From positions 32,001-96,000 of the IMG/VR virus record IMGVR_UViG_3300021431_000079: a stretch of 64,000 nt of DNA. One strand, 5' to 3'. Below the pieces are notes generated by a model. That model worked only from the letters and a program-made list of their open reading frames with translations. It was not told the origin of the DNA and ran no database searches. Below are positions 51,858 through 63,859 of the stretch, piece after piece; position 1 is the stretch's first letter; each line of letters begins with the position of its first letter. Origin of the DNA: a virus. Taxonomy: Duplodnaviria; Caudoviricetes. Made by a program: the position numbers and the translations under genes.

Positions 51858-53009
51858 ATGAATAAAGAAATCAAAATTGTAATTGGAGCAAATGCAGGAG
51901 ATGAGGGCAAAGGACTGGCTGTTGATTACTTCGCTTCGAAGAAAAAAGATGGTGTTGTGATCATGTCTAATGGTGGTTCTCAGCGTGGACACACCGTAGA
52001 GCTTCCGAACAAAACTCGTCATGTCTTCCATCATTTTGGATCTGGAACATTCAGAGGATGGGATACTTATTTTTGGAAAGATTTTATCTTGAATCCAATG
52101 CAATTTTGCAAAGAATATGAAGAGATAAAGAAAATATACAATAAAGATTTTAAGGTATATTGTGATCCAACGTGTATGTGGTCTACGCCATATGATATGA
52201 TTTACAACCAGATCATGACGAGGCTATCTGGAAGATATGATACTTGTGGTATGGGAATATGGACAACCATTCAGAGATACAAATATTTTATGGATAACAA
52301 TATTCCCATACCATCTATCTTCGATAATCATACAAGGTCAGAGCTTGATACTATCAGAATGTATTATATAACACTGTTCAACCAAAACGTTAAAGATAGA
52401 GAATCGCTTAACCTTGTATTAGATTTGTGTGCGTTTTTTCTGGATAACGATTTGTTAGATCATTTTTTAGCTGATCTGATATTTATGAGCAATCATATGA
52501 AACTGTGTTCTCCCAGTAGTATGTCGAGTTATCAGAACATCATCATTGAGAATGGACAGGGTTTATTGATTGACACTGACCGTGATGTTCAATTTGGAAC
52601 TCCTTCACATACTGGATTGAACATACCAATGAAAATTGTAGACAGCTTGCCGAGTAATTATGATATTGAAGTGTGTTACGTGTCAAGATCATATCTTACG
52701 AGACACGGATATGGAGTTTTGCACGAAGAAGATTCTCGTGATAACATTATTAAAACTAAGGCGGTTGATCTTACAAATATATTTAATGATTTTCAGGGTG
52801 AATTGAGATATGGGAGACTCTTTCAGCACGACTTAATCAACAGAATATTGTCTGACATTAGCCTATATCCAAATAAGAAGTATGACAAATCAGTCATGAT
52901 AACCCATTTGAATGAAAATACAATGGATATTTTGCCGATCAAAAATTCATTTGATAGGCTATATTTGTCAGAAACAAGGTACTCAAAAGACATTTATGTT
53001 ATGAAATAA
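51858..53009 (+). CDS. Divergent adenylosuccinate-synthetase (PurA)-like protein
   Basis: GANAGDEGKG, GGSQRGHT, ENGQGLLID, YLTRHG. Confidence 0.8.
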   Translation: MNKEIKIVIGANAGDEGKGLAVDYFASKKKDGVVIMSNGGSQRGHTVELPNKTRHVFHHFGSGTFRGWDTYFWKDFILNPMQFCKEYEEIKKIYNKDFKVYCDPTCMWSTPYDMIYNQIMTRLSGRYDTCGMGIWTTIQRYKYFMDNNIPIPSIFDNHTRSELDTIRMYYITLFNQNVKDRESLNLVLDLCAFFLDNDLLDHFLADLIFMSNHMKLCSPSSMSSYQNIIIENGQGLLIDTDRDVQFGTPSHTGLNIPMKIVDSLPSNYDIEVCYVSRSYLTRHGYGVLHEEDSRDNIIKTKAVDLTNIFNDFQGELRYGRLFQHDLINRILSDISLYPNKKYDKSVMITHLNENTMDILPIKNSFDRLYLSETRYSKDIYVMK

Positions 53010-53023
53010 AGAGGTAGTATATT

Positions 53024-53494
53024 ATGAATATATATTTAGCCGCACCAATAGTAAATATACCAGAAGATTGGAAGGATAAAATCCAAGAGGTAAAGAACCA
53101 GTTAAGTAAAATTGAGGACTGTAATGTATATGACCCTCGTGAACACGGAGTTCCAAACGCATGGGGAATGAGTATGTCTGAGTGGAGTCATTGCATTTTT
53201 ACAATGGATGTGCTTGCACTTGATAATGCAGACTGGGTGGTTGTGTGTGACTTTGGAAGAGATTGTACTGCCGGAACAGCATGGGAAGCAGGTTACGCTT
53301 TTGGTAAAGGCAAGAAGGTTCTGATCGTGAGAATGTGTGATAACTCACAGCACTATTCTGTTATGATGAATGGATGTTGCGCTAACTATGTTAGCTATTC
53401 GTCCTTGATGCTTATTGAAAAAGGCAGTCTTTTTAAGACTTATTTTGTGGAGCGAGGAAGGGCGGCGGGAACAAATGATGTGATGTTTGATTAG
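53024..53494 (+). CDS. Nucleoside 2-deoxyribosyltransferase family protein
   Basis: IYLAAP...DVLALDNADWVV...GTAWEAGYAFGKGK. Confidence 0.85.
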   Translation: MNIYLAAPIVNIPEDWKDKIQEVKNQLSKIEDCNVYDPREHGVPNAWGMSMSEWSHCIFTMDVLALDNADWVVVCDFGRDCTAGTAWEAGYAFGKGKKVLIVRMCDNSQHYSVMMNGCCANYVSYSSLMLIEKGSLFKTYFVERGRAAGTNDVMFD

Positions 53495-53502
53495 GAGAAA
53501 AC

Positions 53503-54078
53503 ATGGAAGACGTTAAAGATATCAAAAGTCCAGAAGAAACGATAGTTCTAATAGACATTGACAACACTATTGAAAATCTATCTTATTCATGGTGCAAATA
53601 CTTAAATAATAAATACAATTTTAATGTTGATTATACAACGGCAAAAGATTATAAGATAAGCTTTTTATATCCAACATTAACAAGTGATGAAATATATGAA
53701 CCGCTTGGACAAGAAGATTTTTGGAAGAATGTAAGACCATATGTAGATGCCGTTTATTATGTTAGATTGTTGCATGAATTTGGATATAAGATTTATCTAT
53801 GTACATCGTCATATATCAATCAGCTTGTTCCAAAATACAAGTATGTGATTGAACCATATTTTCCATATATATATCCACGAGACATAATTGTTTGCAACAA
53901 AAAGAGAATGATTAAAGCGGACTATTTGATAGATGATAACATTAACAATCTTATAGGCGGCGAGTATAAAAAGATTCTGCTGACGCAACCTTATAATGAG
54001 GATATCACTTTTGATGATATATACAGAGCAGATGATTGGGAAGAAATATATGATGTCATAGTGAACAATAAAATATAG
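53503..54078 (+). CDS. 5'(3')-deoxyribonucleotidase (HAD)
   Basis: LIDIDNTI...CTS...K...YLIDDN...PYN. Confidence 0.85.
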   Translation: MEDVKDIKSPEETIVLIDIDNTIENLSYSWCKYLNNKYNFNVDYTTAKDYKISFLYPTLTSDEIYEPLGQEDFWKNVRPYVDAVYYVRLLHEFGYKIYLCTSSYINQLVPKYKYVIEPYFPYIYPRDIIVCNKKRMIKADYLIDDNINNLIGGEYKKILLTQPYNEDITFDDIYRADDWEEIYDVIVNNKI

Positions 54079-55097
54079 GAGACAACACATTATGAGAAAT
54101 CCAGATAGGCTTGATAGTTTTTATGATGAATTAAAAAATCTGCATAAAAATACATTTCCAGATTGGAGATTTGGACAACTGATGAGCAACTTCTTTGGAT
54201 GGCTATGGAGTAATAAAGGCATTGATTGTTTCTTTCCTGAAGAAAACAGGATGCTTGAATACCTGAAAGAATATGTAGATTATTGCAAGATGGGAGAATA
54301 ATAATGGGAAGTCAGAAGTTCATAAAGAAGCTTGAAGAGTTTAAGAAGAATATGAAAATTGGTGACAAATTCTGTTTGACTCAAGACGATATAGCATTTG
54401 AGCACGACTACGATCTTCCGCACACAATGACATTCTATGTTGTAAAGAAATATGAATACGTTGTGCTGTTAGAAAAGTCTTGCAAATATGGGATACATCG
54501 TCAGAGTATGAGCTATCTGAATTTATTTATGCTTACACACAGGAGCGAAAATATATGGTGATAAAAAGTAGCGAAGTAAAAACTTATTTTGATGAGGCGA
54601 TATGTGATTGTGGTGGGGAGTATCGGTATACTGGAATAGGCTATCCAGTATTTCCAGAAATGTATCAGCATATATGTAATAAGTGTGGTGATGTAGTGAC
54701 ATTTAGAAAAATATACCCTGATATAAGATACGAGTATGTTGACAAATCAACACAGGTTCACGAAGAAGAGAGTAATCTTAAAGATACAGATAAACAAACA
54801 TGAAGAAGCAAAAGTTTATATTGATTTGTGAAGTATGCGGTAAACAAATAATCTGTGACGATCCGAAAGATGTTTATGATCTTGGATGGGATTATCCACC
54901 TTTCATGGGGAAATACGGTGTATTGTCTCCACGAACGTGTAATAGTTGTACTATTGAGAAAACATTATGGTGGAAAATCACAGCAGAAGGAAGTGACTAC
55001 TTGAACAGTCACGATCTTGAAATACTAAAAAGAATTAAGGATGAGCCAAAAAGTTTATATTATAAAGAATAAGTGAAAAAATGAGATGAAAATGATA

Positions 55098-55126
55098 TTG
55101 ACAAAGTTTATCTGTGGTGTTATAAT
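55098..55126 (+). promoter_or_regulatory. Consensus sigma-A promoter
   Basis: TTGACA-17 nt-TATAAT with extended TG. Confidence 0.9.
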
Positions 55127-55176
55127 GATAATGTACTTGATAGACTTTGTTTTTATTTATATGAGGTATACATTAA

Positions 55177-55953
55177 ATGATCAACCATAATGAGTTAAAG
55201 ATCGGAGATATTGTTTATTTCGTTGATAGAGCCAGATATACATATGAATATGTAGTTAATGTTGGAGTTGTAGATGATATTTTTGTAGATGGTGTTATAT
55301 TATGTAGGCTGTGTACGAAAGAATGCAGATTGGTTAACGGAATAAAATACGATGATTTTGTAACTCCTACAAGATGGATGAAGCTTCCGAAGGGATGGAC
55401 ATACAATACACCATTATATAATCTTACATATGAAGATGATAATAATTATGAAGCGTTCTTAAAGATATATTCTATAAAGAATAAAGAAGATATATTGGAA
55501 GCATTGGATCTTGGATATCTTATTCGTGCAGATAAGAAAGATTATTCTTATATAGATGTTGAGATTGATAAGCAATTAGGATATAGATTGATTAGAAGAT
55601 ACTGTGCAAAAGAAGTCATAAATACAGGAACAACACGTATGTGCAATCAAATATATTCATCATATAAAGAAGCTGAGAAATGGATTGATGATTATGTGGA
55701 GGAATTAAAAAGACAGTCGAAGCTAACATATAAAGAATGGTCATTAGAACAGATACAGAGGACTGTTGATAGGTATTTGAATTTTACTTTTTCTGATGAA
55801 TCCGTCAGAGCTGAGAAAAGAGATAAACTGATGGAGTATTTTAAGGAATTAAAAAACGTGGAAGATATAGAAACAAGACTGTTTGATGGACAGATTGAGT
55901 GGAAGTATTGGAAGAATAAGAAGTGGAATAGCATTTCAAATAATATAGTGTAG
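55177..55953 (+). CDS. Hypothetical protein
   Basis: 258-aa ORF downstream of the promoter. Confidence 0.75.
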   Translation: MINHNELKIGDIVYFVDRARYTYEYVVNVGVVDDIFVDGVILCRLCTKECRLVNGIKYDDFVTPTRWMKLPKGWTYNTPLYNLTYEDDNNYEAFLKIYSIKNKEDILEALDLGYLIRADKKDYSYIDVEIDKQLGYRLIRRYCAKEVINTGTTRMCNQIYSSYKEAEKWIDDYVEELKRQSKLTYKEWSLEQIQRTVDRYLNFTFSDESVRAEKRDKLMEYFKELKNVEDIETRLFDGQIEWKYWKNKKWNSISNNIV

Positions 55954-56714
55954 GGGCAGATGAAACAGTTTATAGATTCAAAAAATATGAGTAGACAAGA
56001 GTGTGAAGCTTGTGGAAGATTATATAACTTTAGCGATCTCAGATTGACAGCTACAGTTGATGGTGAGTTGTTACTTTGCAACAATTGCTATAATCAGATT
56101 TTGAGATCTGTGAAATATCAGAAGAAGAGTAGCGATGAACGAAAAGAATAGCTATGCTATAAATGTATATGTAAAAAGAAAGGATATATTATGGGTAAGA
56201 AGTATGTGATTGAGTTGGAAGATGTGCCGTTTGTTGACGATTTGACTCTTCTAAATGAGAGGCTTTACCGGGTGAAAGGTTTTAAAAGTCTTGTGTTTGA
56301 CGAGAACGGATTGGAAAAACTCACGCCGATTGATGATGCACTCCGTGAAGCCGAAAGAAAAGGGCAGGACGAGGCATGGGAGTTTATACGATTGTCGGAT
56401 GAAGACCTCAAAGAAATATTTCCTGAAGCTTACAAAGAATACGGGCGTGATGGAATCTCATATAAGTCGTACTATGAAGCTAAGACAATGTATGACGAAT
56501 GGTTAGAGAACCAACCAGAAGAGGTTACTATTGGAGATGAAGTCAGCACACCGTGGAACAAGGGTGTTGTAATTTATATGGAGGATGATAAGGTCAAGGT
56601 ATTGAGTGCGGGTGGAGACACATTTTACATTAGAATGGAAGATGGTAAAAAAACAGGCCGTCACTTTTCAGATGTTGCTGATCTTTTGGAAAAGATTAAA
56701 TAAAGATATGAAAA

Positions 56715-57002
56715 ATGAAAAAGAAAATACTTGCTCTTCTATTATTTTTTATCGTTGCTGTAATGAGCGGCTGTTCGCAAAATGTCAGTAATGCAACAGT
56801 GGATGTATCGTCAGGGGTTACACCAAACTTACTATCAACAGGCGATATGTACGTTGGTGAACGATATTATTATTACGTCATAGACACAAATACTGGTGTT
56901 GTATATCTGGCGAATGCTGGTTACAATTGTAGTGGAATCTCAGTAATGCTTAATCGTGATGGTAGTCCTATAACGGCGGAACAGCTTGGAATTGAATATT
57001 AA
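56715..57002 (+). CDS. Putative lipoprotein
   Basis: MKKK-hydrophobic-MSGC lipobox. Confidence 0.65.
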   Translation: MKKKILALLLFFIVAVMSGCSQNVSNATVDVSSGVTPNLLSTGDMYVGERYYYYVIDTNTGVVYLANAGYNCSGISVMLNRDGSPITAEQLGIEY

Positions 57003-57396
57003 GGAGAGATGATGGCTTTCTCTAAATTGGTATTAGCTATAATTATATCGGTATTCGTTTTTATGGGATTAGGTATCATGGATAATAGTGAGCTTGTTGG
57101 CATTGGTTTTTGTATATTGCTTTCAGGATTTATTGCGCATGATGAGAAATAAAAAAAACATTATAGAGGATAGATGATGGGTACACAATATAAAAGGTGG
57201 ATAGAGATATACCATTGGGATTTTGGCTACACAAAATGTCCTTATTGTGGTGACGAGACTGAATGGTATAATCCAATGAGACGAGGTTTCCAAATGGACA
57301 ATGACAACAATCGGAGAAAACATTGCCCTAAATGCGGTAACCGTGTATATGCAAGAGAGGGACTGCTTATAAATCAACCGCCAGAGGAGGTGAACG

Positions 57397-57639
57397 ATGG
57401 AGAAGCTTAAAAACTGCCCGTTTTGTGGAAATATACCAGAAATAAAAGTTAAAATAACGCAGTATGGCAGTGGCGAATCACGTATTGAACATATTGATTA
57501 TATTATCCGTTGTACAGAATGTGGAACAAGTAAAAACAGTACGATTAAAGGAAAAGGAGGATTTTCATTTTTTGATATAAACAGAATAAAAAATGAAGTT
57601 ATTGCGGCATGGAACAGGAGAGTAAAAGATGCTGATTGA
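57397..57639 (+). CDS. Lar-family restriction-alleviation-like zinc-finger protein
   Basis: LKNCPFCG...IRCTECG...AAWNRR. Confidence 0.75.
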   Translation: MEKLKNCPFCGNIPEIKVKITQYGSGESRIEHIDYIIRCTECGTSKNSTIKGKGGFSFFDINRIKNEVIAAWNRRVKDAD

Positions 57640-58105
57640 AAGACGAAACAGAGAAGAGATAAAAGAACCACTTAAGGTAACGGGAATAACCTTGCTGTCG
57701 ATTAAGGAATACGAGACGGCAAAAGAATACGTCCCCTTGGTTAATGGTTGGTGGTGGTTGCGTTCGCCCGGCGACATTAGTGGTCGTGCCGCGTATGTTG
57801 AACACTATGGCCGCGTCAATACGTATGGTAATTATGTCGATAGTACGGATATTGCCGTTCGCCCCGCTTTATTAATCTTAAATCTCGACTCTTCTAATCT
57901 TAATCCGGGGGACAGAATCGTTGATTTTTGTGGATCTGATTGGACAGTGATATCCGACAACATGGTCTTATGCGACACAGAAGTAGGGACACATTGCTTT
58001 CGAGAAGACTGGGTGGCAGATGGCGCAAATGATTATAAAAAATCTGATGTGAAAAAATGGCTTGAGAACTGGGCGAGAGAAAGGGGGATCATTGATGTTG
58101 TGTAA
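57629..58105 (+). CDS. DUF6273-like protein
   Basis: TLLSIKEY...WWWLRSPG...AVRPAL. Confidence 0.6.
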   Translation: MLIERRNREEIKEPLKVTGITLLSIKEYETAKEYVPLVNGWWWLRSPGDISGRAAYVEHYGRVNTYGNYVDSTDIAVRPALLILNLDSSNLNPGDRIVDFCGSDWTVISDNMVLCDTEVGTHCFREDWVADGANDYKKSDVKKWLENWARERGIIDVV

Positions 58106-58782
58106 GGATTGTGAATATGGGGCAATCTACATTGATTTTTCGAAGGATAACCACTACGAAAATGGAAAGATTGGAGTATCTTGTGAAAAGTATCATCTTA
58201 TATGTGATACAACTCATCCAGAAACAAGACAGTGTATTGAAGAAGACTGTGATGTATTGTGGAGAACGGCAAGATGCAGACTTGATGGGAGTTATGATGA
58301 AACAAGAAAATATTAAAATCATTGAAATGACAATAATAGCTCTATCACTTTTTGTGGTTGGCTACTCTGTTAAATCAATTGAGATAAATAGCAGTGATAA
58401 GGTGTCTATATTTTTTATTATATACTACAGTGTTTTAGGTATATACTATTGGCTTAAGTTTGTATATTATATTAAGAGAGGCAAAATTTAATAGCATTAT
58501 CTTAATATGAACTAATTAAAAAGGTGTTGCAAATGGTTTATAAAATTCTTTTCCATTATGATAATACAGAGAAAACAAAGGCTTATATTGGACAGACTTT
58601 TACATATAAAAAGCAGAGATATGTTGGGCTTGATGATAACCTTCCAAAATATTATAGATCAAAAAGCGTTGCTGAAAGAACCGCACAGAATCTAATAAGC
58701 AATTGTGTAAATACTGGAAATACTTTTGAAGTGGTGGGAGTTTTGGATGAATATGATTACTGAGTCTATGGTAAATAATAAA

Positions 58783-61700
58783 ATGAATGGTCTAATCAGC
58801 AGACAGAAGGTACTAAATCTAATCCGAATGGTTATGACCGAAGAGACAGTAAGCAGTATGCTCTTATATCAATCTGTAAGTCAGATGGACTCTGAAGAAC
58901 CGAAACAAGGACACTGGATTGAGCATAAATGGGCAGAAGAAGTAGATGGAATGCTTATTTCGAATTACGAATGTTCCGAGTGCCATTATTGGGGGAGACA
59001 TGACAGCAACTTCTGCCCGAACTGCGGAGTAAAGATGGAGGTCGAAAATTTTTTTGAGGAGGTTGCCGAAGAATGAAGATTGAATTAAATGACGATTTTG
59101 AGACAATCCTGCTCTGTGCAGAAAGGTATGCATGTAGTCATGAGTCCTATATGCCATCATTAGTGATTAATTATATCACACCACTATTGCCTAACCTGTC
59201 CGACAGGGCGTTATCGGTGTTAGATGAGGACATGCGTGTGGTTGACGAAATTGATCGTAGATACAAATCTCTTGAGATTACTTTCGAAAATTGTCACGGA
59301 ATATGGGGCAATGATCATATTGACAAGCCCGAATGGATGCGTTTCTGGCGGGCAGTAAAAGCGGAAATTGGAAGGAGGAAGAATGGACGATCTAATCAGT
59401 AGACAGGCAACGATAGATGCAATGAATGAAGTCTATTGCCACATCGAAATGATTAAAAAGCGTCCTGTCAATAAAACAAAACAAGCCGTGTATCTTGATA
59501 TGATAGGAGTGGTGAAGTCAGTGCCATCCGCAGAGCCAGAAATCAAACCAATAGAATATCGTGACTGCGCAGATGCGATGCTGAAAATGTGGATGGATAA
59601 TGTGGTAACTGATGGGGAATATAACCGCATCATGGACAAGTTAAATGCACATTGGAGGATGGAGAATGGACGATCTGGTCAGTAGACGGGCGGCTATAGA
59701 TGCGGTTGAGAAAAGCAGGCGCTTAAACCATCATCAAGATGGGAAAGAAGCTTGCGCTCATGAATATGAACATAGACACTTCTTAAAAATTTTGATGGAT
59801 TTGCCATCAGCAGAACCAGAACCGCTAACCGATAAGGAAAAGAGAATATTTCTTGCCGCAATGGGAAGAGAGGAAAAAGTCTGCAAAGAGGTTGATGAAA
59901 ACTTGCCTCTTAAAGAGCCATATGAGGATAGTCTTGTGCAGGTATGTAGAGAAATCGTAAGAAAGGTAAAGGGTACGCTATGGACGAGTTGATCAGCCGT
60001 CAGGCGGTGATTGATACAGTGTATGATTGGAGCAATTACGCACCGACAGACGAAGAGGCAAGGAATATTAGACAGGTGATTAATGATATAAAAGCTCTGC
60101 CATCCGTACAGCCAGAAATCATACGGTGTAAGGATTGTAAATATCGAGACGAAAATTGGAGAAGGGTATCTGTTAGATGGTTGCCGTGCATGGATGTGCA
60201 AACTGGTAACAACTGGTATTGCGGAAGCGCAGAGAGAGGCGAACAGGATGAGTGATCTAATCAGCAGACAAGGTCTTTTAAATAAAATCTGCGATGGGTG
60301 CGGATATATAGGTTATTGCCATCCCGACAGGAAAAAGTGCATAGAGTATGAACGAGTAGAGAGTATGCCATCAGTAGAGCCAGAACAGCGGTGGATACCA
60401 GTGAGTGAGAGGTTGCCGGAAGATAGCCAATTCGTGTTAATGACAATACGAAGAATGGGTGAACGCTATAATCACGAACCCTTTATATCCATTGGCTATA
60501 TCTCGTGGAATCAATCAGTATGGTGGTGCGCTCATGACGGAGATTGCAAATTACACAATGTCAGAGTAGACGCGTGGATGCCGTTGCCCAAGCTATACGC
60601 AGAGAGGAGACAGGATGGATGATCTGATCAGTAGACAGGCGGCGATTGATGCTCTTGCTGAACATGAAAAATCGAATGGACACAACTATACCTTGTTTGT
60701 GGATATTGTAAGCGAGTGCGCTGAGATTATCAGAGATTTACCATCCGTACAGCCAGAGCGGGCGATAGGAAAGTGGATGGATACGGATAATTATTATCAA
60801 AGGTGGAAATGCTCGGTTTGTGGATGCCATACACGGGATGCGAAACCGCCTTATTGCTCGCATTGCGGTGCAAGGATGGAGAGTAAATAAAGGACGGTGG
60901 TTAAATAAATGACAAAAGAACAAGTAGTTTTTTGGTTGTTACTCTTACGATTTAATCCTGACAACAACGTCTTACCAAATGAAGTAATTGATATAGCAAT
61001 TGGAGCAATTGTCGCAGAGCCAGAGCGGAAGATGGGGAAGTGGATAACCGTTGACAAAGGCTTAATAGTGACATCATACAAATGCTCTGAATGCGGCAGA
61101 ACAGTAAGAGATGATACCGGGTATGATGTTGCTAAGGATTATCCGTACTGCCATTGTGGGGCAAAAATGGAAGGAATGAAGAATGAATAATTGCAAGCAT
61201 TGCATGGAAATCAAAGAAAACGAGATCGGTGAGACGGTTGCTTTCTGTGAGTTATCCGATGAATGGGAAAATGTTACTCTTGGAAGCTGTTTTGGAAACT
61301 GCGAAGGTCAGGAGTTTACTGCTGACTATATCGCACAGCGCTTGAATCAACTTTCCGACTGCGCCTACGACTGGCATATTGATAATAAAGTGGTGGGTAT
61401 TGATGTATGTGAGTTTGAACAGCTGATGGACGTGGCGGCTAAAATGATTCTCAGAAAGGATGAATGATGAATAATCTAATCAGCAGAAAAGCGGCGATTG
61501 ATCTGTGGGAGACATATCATCCAACAATTGCTGTTGATGCAATGGCATATGATAAAGCGTTAAGAGAGCTACCATCCGCACAGCCAGAACCTGCGATTCC
61601 GTTACAATGGATTGAAGCGCAGATTGAATGGCTGAAAAGTCTGGATAATGCCTTTGCGACATTAACGGCAGGACAAATTTCGGCGATGGTGAATAAATGG

Positions 61701-62426
61701 AAGGGTGAACAGGATGGATGATGTAGTCAGTAGACAGACGGCAATTGATGCGTTATGTGATGAATATTGTGGTGGGTGGCAAGATTGCAAGCACTATCCC
61801 AAATGTGAAAACTTGAAAGCAATTCAAAACCTGCCATCCGTACAGTCAACTTTATACGGATACAATATAGAACACCTTGAATTGATAGCGAGGGTTCTTC
61901 AGAAAGAAGATTTACCGCCAGAGAGAATAGTAGAAGTCTTAACAGATATTGGTAGAATTGTTGCTATTGTCAGAGATGAGTTTGAAGAAGTATTAAGAAA
62001 GGCGGTAGAGCAATGTATGACCTAATCAGCAAGCATGCGGCAATAAATGAACTCAAAGCAAACAGATTATTATATTGTGATGAAACACCGGAAAGCTTCT
62101 CAGAGTTATCGTATGAAGATAAATGTAGAGTCGATGAAATAGACAATGCAATTGCTACACTCTTGAATCTACCATCTGAAAAACCAGAGTATAAGCTTGA
62201 TGAGTGGTGTATGGATTGTAAAGAATATGATCATAAAAAGCACCGTTGTCCAAGATTCAATCGAGTGATCAGAAGAACCGTAGATGAATGTACCGCAAAT
62301 CAGTTTGTTAAAATTTTGGAGAGCCTTAAGGATGATGATTATGACACATATTGTCATACTGGACATAGTAGATTTTCAGAAAATGATTGGGATTGGGTTA
62401 TCGCCAGAGTGAAGGAGCTTAAATGA
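58783..62426 (+). repeat. Array of mosaic small paralogous genes (MDDLISRQAAIDA...LPSAQPE modules)
   Basis: Starts at about 58783, 59383, 59666, 59980, 60248, 60615, 61467, 61714 and 62013 share N-terminal and internal sequence blocks; 60248..60622 carries a DUF551-like WIPVSERLP...AWMPLP domain. Confidence 0.85.
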
Positions 62427-62758
62427 GTGAAATGATTGATAAACAAGAAACAAGTCAGAGTCATATAACAAAGAAAGAAGCATATAAATATGGCGATAAG
62501 TTTATTTTAGAGATTGGGGAAAGAAGAGCTGTTCTTGATGAATACAATATTGTAGGAACAGATCTTTATGTAAGAGAGTCTTTGCTCCAATATCTTACCC
62601 CATATAACCCACCAGTAAGTTGTAGAGATTGCAGACATAACGGCAGTTTTGATACAGATTGCCCGATCAAGTGGGAGGGTAAAGAATATTGCAGTTTTGG
62701 AGAGGAATAAATAAGAAATAAAAAGATTATTCTGGACACAAACAATGAGGAATAACAT

Positions 62759-63151
62759 ATGAAAATTATAATACTTATAAGTATGATATTTCTGCATATT
62801 GTAGACGATTTTTATTTACAAGGAATTCTTGCCAAGATGAAACAAAAGTCTTGGTGGGATGAAAATACATCCAATGAATTATATAAAAATGATTATATAA
62901 TTGCTCTTGTTGAACATGCCTTTAGTTGGACATTTATGATGATGTTACCAATTACAGCAGTTATGATATTTGGAAGTGGTATGCTTAGTATACATTGGGC
63001 TATCTGGTTATATGCGTTTATTTGCAATGTTATAATTCATGCAATTATAGATAATTTAAAGGCTAATATTCAATGCATCAATTTAATTACTGATCAAATG
63101 ATTCATCTTGCGCAGATAATATCAACGTGGGTGTATTTATGTATTTTATAA
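62759..63151 (+). CDS. DUF3307-like membrane protein
   Basis: HIVDDFYLQ...HAIIDNLK...DQMIH; hydrophobic. Confidence 0.7.
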   Translation: MKIIILISMIFLHIVDDFYLQGILAKMKQKSWWDENTSNELYKNDYIIALVEHAFSWTFMMMLPITAVMIFGSGMLSIHWAIWLYAFICNVIIHAIIDNLKANIQCINLITDQMIHLAQIISTWVYLCIL

Positions 63152-63166
63152 AGAAGGAGAAGCAAA

Positions 63167-63859
63167 TTGAAATTTGAAAATACAGAAGTGTGGGGATTTG
63201 AACACGCTGTGAGAGGAATGAGAAACCCTTTGGCTTCATGGGATAAAAGTGATAGCACGTTCGAAAATGGTGAAATTAAATTAGGCAAGAGTGACATTGA
63301 TTTGATGCAGAGACTTATTAAGGCGGGATCTCCTGATAGAAAATTTATGAGACAGATCTTTGTAAGTGTAGATATTACAGCACCAATGTACTGGTGGAGT
63401 GAACTTGACACTTATAAAGTTGGAACTGTCGCAAACAGCACTTCTAAAATGCACAAGCTTGCGTCAACACCAATCACTTTAGATTGTTTTGAGACGGATG
63501 ATTTCAATCATACATTAAAATTATTTGACAGTGAGCCATATAAAGAAGATGTTTATATTGATGATGCGTGGGAAGATATAATTTGTGTATGCGAAACATT
63601 AAGAAAAAGATGTCTTGAAACAAAAGACAAGCGCTATTGGAAAGAATTAATTCGAATTCTTCCTGAGTCATGGCTTCAGACAAGAACAGTAACTATGAAC
63701 TACGAGAATATTTATTCAATGATCCGTCAGAGAAAATTCCACAAGTTGAATGAATGGAGTGGAAAAGATGATTTGAACAAACCTAACTTCATTGCTTGGG
63801 CGAAGACACTTCCTTATGCTGAAGAGTTGTTGTTCTATGGATTAGATAGCAAAGAATAA
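63167..63859 (+). CDS. ThyX-like flavin-dependent thymidylate synthase homologue (divergent)
   Basis: RKFMRQI...APMYWWSELDTY...LPES..Q.RTVTMNY...R..HKL.EW. Confidence 0.55.
   Translation: MKFENTEVWGFEHAVRGMRNPLASWDKSDSTFENGEIKLGKSDIDLMQRLIKAGSPDRKFMRQIFVSVDITAPMYWWSELDTYKVGTVANSTSKMHKLASTPITLDCFETDDFNHTLKLFDSEPYKEDVYIDDAWEDIICVCETLRKRCLETKDKRYWKELIRILPESWLQTRTVTMNYENIYSMIRQRKFHKLNEWSGKDDLNKPNFIAWAKTLPYAEELLFYGLDSKE

Noticed and set aside
51858-53009. PurZ (2-aminoadenine DNA) assignment
   Set aside because: It retains the PurA-type Asp in GDEGKG, and I saw no DatZ- or MazZ-like neighbours.
1246-63411. Minus-strand ORFs in the track
   Set aside because: Nearly all are antisense shadows of + strand genes, without an RBS or recognisable motifs.
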